From the NCBI GenBank assembly GCA_037445065.1, contig JBBILD010000002.1, forward strand, positions 184,074 through 248,073: a stretch of 64,000 bases of DNA. Direction: 5' to 3'. The stretch comes from Myxococcales bacterium. GTDB taxonomy: Bacteria; Desulfobacterota; Binatia; HRBIN30. Both the position numbers and the translations under genes were made by a program. The notes below the pieces were generated by a model. The model saw nothing but the letters and a program-made list of their open reading frames with translations. It was not told the origin of the DNA and did no database searches. Positions 57,749-64,000 of this stretch are shown piece by piece (within the stretch, counting starts at the first letter, position 1; each line of letters opens with the position of its first letter).

Positions 57749-59122
57749 ATGACTTCCACAGACAACGCGGTAACCCCTGCCAGCGGGAGCCACGCGAGGC
57801 CGCCGCTCCAAGACAGCACAGAAGAAGTTGATGCCAACGAACTCCTCGCTGCTTGGCCGCTCCTTTCTGCTGAGGAGCGCCGCCGCGCGCTGCTCCTGTC
57901 GCGGCCGATCGCCGAGGACCTCTTTCTCGCCCTGCCAACGCGGGATCAGGCGGAACTGCTGTTGTCTCTGCCACCAGCAGAGCGGCGTTCGTGGATACGC
58001 TTGCTACCTCCAGACGACGCTGCTGACGTGATCCAAGAGGTTCCGGCCGAGGAGCGCGAGGGGTTACTTGCCCTCCTCGACGATGCAACGCGCTCCCAGG
58101 TCAGCGGCTTGCTCGCTTATGCGGAAGACGCAGCGGGTGGGCTGATGAACCCGCATTACGCGCGTCTGCGCCCAGAAATGACCGTCAGCGAGGCCATTGC
58201 CTACTTGCGGAAGTATGCTGCCGAGCACCGCGACACCACGTATTACGCCTACGTGTTGGATGAAAACCAGAAACTCTTAGGGGTTCTTTCCTTCCGCGAG
58301 TTGTTTGCCGCTGGGCCGCACGAGAGAGTCGCAGACTGCATGCGTACCGACTTGGTCACGGTGCGAGAAGATCAAGACCAGGAAGCGGTAAGTCGGCTTT
58401 TCGCGCAACACCACTTCTTGGCGCTTCCCGTGGTTGACGCTGAGGGCCGCATGAAGGGCGTGGTCACCATTGATGACATTGTGGACGTCGTACAGGAAGA
58501 GGCCACCGAGGACATCCAGAAGATCGGCGGGAGCGAAGCTCTGGATCTGCCGTACTTTGCAACTGATTTCCTAACCCTGATTCGCAAGCGCGGGATGTGG
58601 CTAACGGCCTTGTTTCTCGGAGAAATGCTGACTGCCACGGCCATGGGCCACTTCGAGGAAGAAATCGCCCGCGCGGTGGTCCTGGCCTTGTTTGTACCTT
58701 TGATCATCAGCAGCGGAGGAAACTCTGGGTCACAGGCTTCTACCTTGATCATCCGTGCCATGGCCTTGGGCGAAGTGCGGCTACGGGATTGGTGGCGCGT
58801 GATCCGGCGCGAACTCGCCTCAGGTTTGGCGTTAGGCACCCTTTTGGCCACAATCGGAGTGATTCGCATCGCTGTATGGCAGTGGGCCTCGGGCATCTAC
58901 GGCCATCACTGGGAACTCGTAGCCGCCACTGTGGCCTTGGCGCTCGTTGGGGTGGTGACCTGGGGAACAATCATTGGCTCGATGTTGCCGTTCGTTTTGC
59001 GGCGGCTGGGTTTCGACCCAGCCAGCGCTTCCGCTCCTTTTGTGGCCACCTTGGTGGATGTGACCGGGCTCATCATTTACTTCACGATTGCGAGCGCGGT
59101 TTTGCGGGGAACCTTGCTTTGA
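57749..59122 (+). CDS. mgtE: Magnesium transporter MgtE
   Basis: PDDAAD, AGGLM, CBS pair, EEATEDI, PLIISSGGNSGSQ, DPASASAPFVATLVDVTG. Confidence 0.97.
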   Translation: MTSTDNAVTPASGSHARPPLQDSTEEVDANELLAAWPLLSAEERRRALLLSRPIAEDLFLALPTRDQAELLLSLPPAERRSWIRLLPPDDAADVIQEVPAEEREGLLALLDDATRSQVSGLLAYAEDAAGGLMNPHYARLRPEMTVSEAIAYLRKYAAEHRDTTYYAYVLDENQKLLGVLSFRELFAAGPHERVADCMRTDLVTVREDQDQEAVSRLFAQHHFLALPVVDAEGRMKGVVTIDDIVDVVQEEATEDIQKIGGSEALDLPYFATDFLTLIRKRGMWLTALFLGEMLTATAMGHFEEEIARAVVLALFVPLIISSGGNSGSQASTLIIRAMALGEVRLRDWWRVIRRELASGLALGTLLATIGVIRIAVWQWASGIYGHHWELVAATVALALVGVVTWGTIIGSMLPFVLRRLGFDPASASAPFVATLVDVTGLIIYFTIASAVLRGTLL

Positions 59123-59495
59123 AAGCTCGAGCCTGGGTGTTTAGGCGGGGGGCGCCGCTTGCTCGCCCGGATCGGTGGTCGCAGTGCTGTATCTTATCGA
59201 GCGGTGCCTCGTTAAGCGCACCGGACAGGTTCCTGCGTGCGCCACGCGGGACCATGACGGGAGCGGCTCGGCAAGTGTGGCTTGCGTAGCGATACCGTCC
59301 GCACTGCGCGACCGCAACGAGAAACCGAGCGACAGCGACGAGCGCACTAGCCTGGATGGGCGGCCGGGCATAAGCCGTGCCGCGAGTCGGTGGATCGCCG
59401 TTCCAAGTGCGGACTCTTGAGAGACTTCTTGGGCCCATGCCATGCACTCGTGGCGAAAGCATCGAAAAGTCTGAATCGGGATCAACAGCCGAACC

Positions 59496-60611
59496 ATGAT
59501 GTTGCTCACCGTCAACGCCGGAAGCTCCTCTATTCGCTTGGCGGCGTACCGGTATGCCGAAGACACACCGGGCGTCGTCGCCTCGTTTAGCGGGCCAGCA
59601 TTGCCAGAAGACGCCGCGCGGTTGCTGCGCCAGTTCGCTACGAAGAATCAACTCGAGCCTCTGGCTGCTGTCGCGCATCGGATCGTTCATGGCGGTCCCT
59701 ACCTCCGCCAGCCGTGTCTGGTGGATGAGGCGGTCGAGAAAGAAATCGAGCGGGTGAGCCCGCTAGCGCCGCTCCACAATCCCGTCGCGTTACTTTGGTT
59801 GCGTGCCTGCCGAGAAGTGTTTCCGGGGGTGCCACAGGTCGCTGCATTCGACACTGGTTTTTTCGCAGAGCTCCCGGAGGTGGCTCGCACCTACGCGCTG
59901 CCCCGCTCTTTGAGCGAGCAATTCGGCATCCGCCGTTACGGCTTTCACGGCCTTGCGCACGAGGCGATGTGGAAGCGGTGGCAAACGTTGCACCCGGAGC
60001 GAGCAGCGACCAGCCGAGTGATCACGGTACAACTCGGCAGCGGGTGCTCTGTTGCGGCCGTACTGGGCGGGAAGCCACAGGACACCTCGATGGGATTTAC
60101 GCCCCTCGAGGGGCTCGTCATGGCTACCCGGGCGGGCGATGTCGACCCGGGCCTCCTGTTGTTTTTGCAGCGTGCCGGGAACCTCTCGGCAACAGAGCTC
60201 GAAGAAATTTTGAATCAGCACTCCGGTCTTCTCGGTGTTTCCGGCGAGGCTGCTGACATGCGGGTCCTGCTTGCATCCTCTTCCGCCACCGCGCGCCTCG
60301 CAATCGAGCTTTATTGTTATCGGGTGCGCAAGTACCTTGGTGCTTACGCGGCCGTACTGGGTGGGATGGACGGTGTCGTTTTCGGGGGCGGGGTCGGGGA
60401 ACACGCTCCGGCTATTCGAGCAGGAATTCTCCGCTCGATGGAGTGGGCAGGGATCCACCTCGACGAAGCGCGCAACCGCACTGCGGTCGGTGGGGATGCA
60501 CTGATCAGCCCGCAAGGTGCCCCCGTCGAGATTTGGGCCCTGGCCGTTAACGAAGCGGCAATCCTTGCGGCCAGCGCCCGGCAGGTTCTGCTCGAATTAG
60601 GTCACCGCTAG
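59496..60611 (+). CDS. ackA: Acetate/propionate kinase
   Basis: NAGSSS, HRIVHGG, LAPLHN, FDTGF, RRYGFHG, DTSMGFTPLEG, FGGGVGE. Confidence 0.95.
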   Translation: MMLLTVNAGSSSIRLAAYRYAEDTPGVVASFSGPALPEDAARLLRQFATKNQLEPLAAVAHRIVHGGPYLRQPCLVDEAVEKEIERVSPLAPLHNPVALLWLRACREVFPGVPQVAAFDTGFFAELPEVARTYALPRSLSEQFGIRRYGFHGLAHEAMWKRWQTLHPERAATSRVITVQLGSGCSVAAVLGGKPQDTSMGFTPLEGLVMATRAGDVDPGLLLFLQRAGNLSATELEEILNQHSGLLGVSGEAADMRVLLASSSATARLAIELYCYRVRKYLGAYAAVLGGMDGVVFGGGVGEHAPAIRAGILRSMEWAGIHLDEARNRTAVGGDALISPQGAPVEIWALAVNEAAILAASARQVLLELGHR

Positions 60612-60741
60612 GAATCGCACGTCACAGGGAACCTCGGCGTCCCGCAGAGCAGGCAGCTAGCGCATCGCTACCCAACGGAAAGAGCGCTGTTACAACAACA
60701 CGGATGCACGCTTGGTTTGCGATCGTGAAGGGAGGAGCAAG

Positions 60742-63135
60742 ATGAGCGAAGGCACGAACGCGACCCCGAAAGCATCGGCCTTGGCGGAAGACGAGCTGGT
60801 CGCCCTCGATGCTTGGTGGCGTGCCGCTAACTACCTGTCCGTTGGGCAGATCTACTTGCTGGACAATCCGCTGCTACGCGACGCTCTGTTGCCGGACCAC
60901 ATCAAACCGCGTCTGCTGGGGCACTGGGGCACAACCCCTGGGCTGAATTTCATTTACGTGCACCTCTGCCGCGTAATCCGGAAGTATGACCTCGACATGA
61001 TCTTTCTCGCCGGTCCGGGACACGGTGGCCCGGCCCTCGTGGCGAATACGTGGCTCGAAGGGACTTACAGCGAGTTCTATCCGAACGTGTCGCAGGATTG
61101 GGAAGGGCTCAAGCGACTCCTCAGGCAGTTTTCCTTTCCTGGCGGGATCGGCAGCCATGCCACACCGGAGATCCCGGGCTCGATTCACGAAGGGGGCGAG
61201 CTTGGGTACTCGCTTGCTCACGCCTTTGGTGCGGTGTTCGATCACCCGCATCTGATCGCTGCCTGTGTCACCGGAGATGGCGAGGCGGAAACGGGGCCGC
61301 TGGCGGCCGCGTGGCACTCCAACAAGTTCTTGAATCCCAAGACTGATGGAGCTGTGCTGCCGATCCTGCATCTGAACGGCTACAAAATTGCCAACCCGAC
61401 GATCCTCGCGCGCATCCCGCAGGACGAGCTGGCAAGTCTCCTGCGTGGGTACGGGTATGCTCCTCGGTTTGTCGAGGGAGAAGAGCCGCAAGTGATGCAC
61501 CGGCTCATGGCGAGCACACTCGACGAGGTCATCGAGGCGCTCCGCGCGATCCAGCAACGGGCCCGGCGCCAAGGTGACTGCGAACGACCGTTATGGCCCA
61601 TGATTGTGCTCAAGACGCCAAAAGGCTGGACCGGTCCCAAAGAAGTCGGCGGCAAGAAGGTGGAAGGTTCCTGGCGGTCCCACCAGGTGCCGCTCGCGGA
61701 TGCCCGCGAGAATGCCGCACAATTACGTCAGCTCGAGCAGTGGCTCAAGAGCTACCGTCCAGAGGAGCTGTTCGATTCCGAGGGGAGGCCCAAGGCTGAA
61801 ATTCGCGCGATCGCCCCTTCAGGGCCGCGTCGGATGGGCGCGAACCCTCACGCCAACGGCGGGCTCCTCCTAAGAGACTTGCGCTTACCTGATTTCCGCG
61901 ACTACGCGGTTGCCGTTCCACGCCCCGGGGCGGTCGAGGCCGAAGCGACGAGGGTACTGGGGCAGTACTTGCGAGATGTGATGCGGCTCAATCAGGACAG
62001 CCGTAACTTCCGCGTTTTCGGCCCGGATGAAACCGCTTCGAACCGACTCGACGCTTTGTTCGAAGTGACCTCTCGAACGTGGGTCGCCGAACGTCTGGAC
62101 GACGAGGAGCAACTGGCGCCTGATGGCCGAGTCATGGAGATTCTTTCGGAACACACGTGCCAAGGTTGGCTGGAGGGCTACTTGCTGACTGGGCGGCACG
62201 GCTTCTTTTCGTGTTACGAGGCGTTCATTCATATCGTTGATTCTATGTTCAATCAGCACGCCAAGTGGCTCAAAGTTGCCAAGGAAGTTCCGTGGCGGCG
62301 ACCGATTGCATCGCTCAACATTTTGCTGACCTCACACGTGTGGAGACAGGACCACAACGGCTTTTCCCATCAGGACCCGGGTTTTATTGACCTCGTCGTG
62401 AACAAGAAGGCCGACATCATTCGCGTTTACTTGGCTCCAGATGCAAACACACTCCTGGTCGTTGCGGATCGCTGCCTGCGCTCGCGCGATTTCGTGAACG
62501 TGATCATCGCTGGAAAGCAACCGCAGGCTCAGTGGCTCGACATGCATGCCGCTATCAAACACTGCACGGCTGGGGTCGGGATCTGGGAGTGGGCAAGCAA
62601 TGACCAAAACGGGGAGCCCGACGTGGTGCTGGCCTGCGCTGGCGACGTGCCAACCTTGGAGACCTTGGCCGCCGTCCAGTTATTGCGCGAGTACGTACCG
62701 GACCTGCGCGTACGGGTAGTCAACGTCGTCGACCTCATGACTTTGCAACCGAAGGAGGAGCACCCGCACGGATTGTCCGACCGTGAGTTCGACACCATTT
62801 TCACTACAGATAAGCCGATCATCTTCGCCTTCCACGGCTATCCCTGGCTGATTCACCGCCTTACGTATCGGCGCACCAATCACAAAAACCTGCACGTGCG
62901 CGGCTACAAGGAGGAAGGCACCACGACAACCCCGTTCGACATGGCTGTGCGCAATGACCTCGACCGCTTCCACCTTGTTGCCGATGTGATTCACCGCGTC
63001 CCGAAACTGGGATACCGCGCCGCGTACTTGAAACAACTCGTCCGTGACAAACTGATCGAACACCGCGAGTATATCGAGACCTGGGGTCAAGACCTGCCCG
63101 AGATCCGCAACTGGCAGTGGAAAAATGAGCGCTGA
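60742..63135 (+). CDS. xfp: Phosphoketolase (XFP family)
   Basis: [60 protein letters not shown] follows GGAGG. Confidence 0.97.
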   Translation: MSEGTNATPKASALAEDELVALDAWWRAANYLSVGQIYLLDNPLLRDALLPDHIKPRLLGHWGTTPGLNFIYVHLCRVIRKYDLDMIFLAGPGHGGPALVANTWLEGTYSEFYPNVSQDWEGLKRLLRQFSFPGGIGSHATPEIPGSIHEGGELGYSLAHAFGAVFDHPHLIAACVTGDGEAETGPLAAAWHSNKFLNPKTDGAVLPILHLNGYKIANPTILARIPQDELASLLRGYGYAPRFVEGEEPQVMHRLMASTLDEVIEALRAIQQRARRQGDCERPLWPMIVLKTPKGWTGPKEVGGKKVEGSWRSHQVPLADARENAAQLRQLEQWLKSYRPEELFDSEGRPKAEIRAIAPSGPRRMGANPHANGGLLLRDLRLPDFRDYAVAVPRPGAVEAEATRVLGQYLRDVMRLNQDSRNFRVFGPDETASNRLDALFEVTSRTWVAERLDDEEQLAPDGRVMEILSEHTCQGWLEGYLLTGRHGFFSCYEAFIHIVDSMFNQHAKWLKVAKEVPWRRPIASLNILLTSHVWRQDHNGFSHQDPGFIDLVVNKKADIIRVYLAPDANTLLVVADRCLRSRDFVNVIIAGKQPQAQWLDMHAAIKHCTAGVGIWEWASNDQNGEPDVVLACAGDVPTLETLAAVQLLREYVPDLRVRVVNVVDLMTLQPKEEHPHGLSDREFDTIFTTDKPIIFAFHGYPWLIHRLTYRRTNHKNLHVRGYKEEGTTTTPFDMAVRNDLDRFHLVADVIHRVPKLGYRAAYLKQLVRDKLIEHREYIETWGQDLPEIRNWQWKNER

Positions 63136-63482
63136 GCAGAAAGCCGCTTCCTTCTGGAATTTGCCCCTACGCTGCGCGTGTCATTTCAGGACTGGGTGAG
63201 GACAGCGAGAAACTCGTCACAGCTGCGCGGCTGCGGCAGGTTCCCCTTTGCCCACAGCCCACCGAGCTTCGGTCGTTGCGGGAGTCAAATTCGCGGTATG
63301 CAAGTTGCGCTTGCGTTCGGGGCCCGGACCGACAGCACCCTGGCGTGGTTTCTTCCGTGGCCCGGAGACCACGGCGAGAGAACGCAAGCGGAGCGTGGTT
63401 TCTGGCTGCCGCGATTCACGCGGAGTGAAGAGTTGCGGAACCGCTTTCGCCCAGTTGGCCGGAAAATGCGGGACGGGGAAAG

Positions 63483-63556
63483 TGCCCTCGGCGCGAGTCG
63501 AACGCGCGGCCCCAGGATTAGGAATCCTGTGCTCTATCCTACTGAGCTACGAGGGC
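63483..63556 (-). tRNA. tRNA-Arg (anticodon CCT); CCA not encoded
   Basis: Reverse complement GCCCTCGTAGCTCAGTAGGATAGAGCACAGGATTCCTAATCCTGGGGCCGCGCGTTCGACTCGCGCCGAGGGCA folds as a cloverleaf: acceptor GCCCTCG/CGAGGGC, anticodon arm CAGGA-TTCCTAA-TCCTG, T-loop TTCGACT. Confidence 0.96.
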
Positions 63557-63803
63557 TCGAACACGCAGTGTTTCTCGCTGGAGGAAGGATCGGCGGCGGC
63601 GCACCTGCGTCTTCTAGAAAAACTGCCCCGGTCTCTGCAAGCAGATCGAGGTGTGGCGGCGCGTAGGAACGCGCCTGTGCGCGCGATGTCAGGCGATCGA
63701 CAGCCGCAGAATTCTGGTTTCCCCCTTGCCCTCCCCCGAGTTTCTCGTGTTAAACGCTGGCCGCGTGGGACGTTGCGGGCCGCGACCGCAAAGGAGGCTG
63801 AGT

Positions 63804-64000
63804 ATGGTTCGGCGGGGAACGTGGATGGACATTGGGCGCGTCGTGCTCACAACACTTCTGTCGCTGGCTTTTTTCCAGCCTCTGCCCGTACAGGCCACGG
63901 TGTGGACTGTGAACTCCACGAACGACTTGCCCGACGCCCAGCCTGGGGACGGCGTGTGTGCGGCTTCCAACCGAGCCTGCACACTTCGAGCCGCGGTACA
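63804..64000 (+). CDS. Secreted CSLREA-domain protein (3'-truncated by window edge)
   Basis: AAGGAGG then ATG at 63804. Signal peptide ending PVQA, then WTVNSTNDLPDAQPGDGVCAASNRACTLRAAV, matching the CSLREA N-terminal motif. Confidence 0.85.
   Translation, partial: MVRRGTWMDIGRVVLTTLLSLAFFQPLPVQATVWTVNSTNDLPDAQPGDGVCAASNRACTLRAAV

Noticed and set aside
59190..59199. 10-mer TATCTTATCG shared with the reverse strand of the gatB 3' spacer (17063-17072)
   Set aside because: A single 10-nt match among several spacers is within chance expectation, and the flanks are not similar.
59082..59690. ORFs in the mgtE-ackA spacer (59082..59690 -, 59141..59566 -, 59175..59420 +)
   Set aside because: No recognisable motifs or SD, and the minus-strand ones overlap real genes. 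RNA structure explains the region better.
63483..63556. tRNA-Arg as an integration site (att duplication) for an island
   Set aside because: No integrase and no duplicated tRNA 3' end were seen in the window.

Overview
GC-rich bacterial chromosome window, mostly core and housekeeping genes. A C-terminal GDCNGD...VD.LV...NIALG dockerin-like tag and the gene content suggest Candidatus Binatia or a related deltaproteobacterium-like lineage; this is inference only. In order: a type II secretion operon gspD(5'-truncated)-E-F-G-H-I-J-K-L-M-N; serS, yraN, gatCAB; a minus-strand MoxR ATPase / VWA / DUF151 / TPR cluster; an NRDE protein and a coiled-coil lipoprotein; a peptide ABC transporter with no ATPase gene; a MerR-like HTH-TPR protein; a lipoprotein with a CxxCH motif; a ~5 kb decayed island (IS256 remnant plus a frameshifted giant secreted beta-propeller gene); an acyl-CoA catabolic cluster with two thiolase-fold/DUF35 pairs; NUDIX, LolA-like and CDP-alcohol phosphatidyltransferase genes; guaB-guaA-dnaE-hflX followed by a sensorless His kinase and two Rcp1-like receivers; gamma-CA, der, a membrane PAS/GAF kinase and a crotonase; mgtE, ackA, xfp, tRNA-Arg(CCT) and the start of a CSLREA-domain protein. 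The most notable unexplained signals are: (1) a ~110-aa Gly-rich loop with 12 FG dipeptides inside the secretin N3 region, plus an extra C-terminal domain; (2) an MgtL-like Pro-rich uORF (MSSEGPGSSVPLPRIQ) with a hairpin next to the mgtE RBS; (3) several multi-stem structured intergenic elements, the strongest upstream of ackA-xfp; (4) catalytically altered thiolase-fold and PaaK-like proteins. All calls come from manual motif reading; no database searches or folding programs were run.
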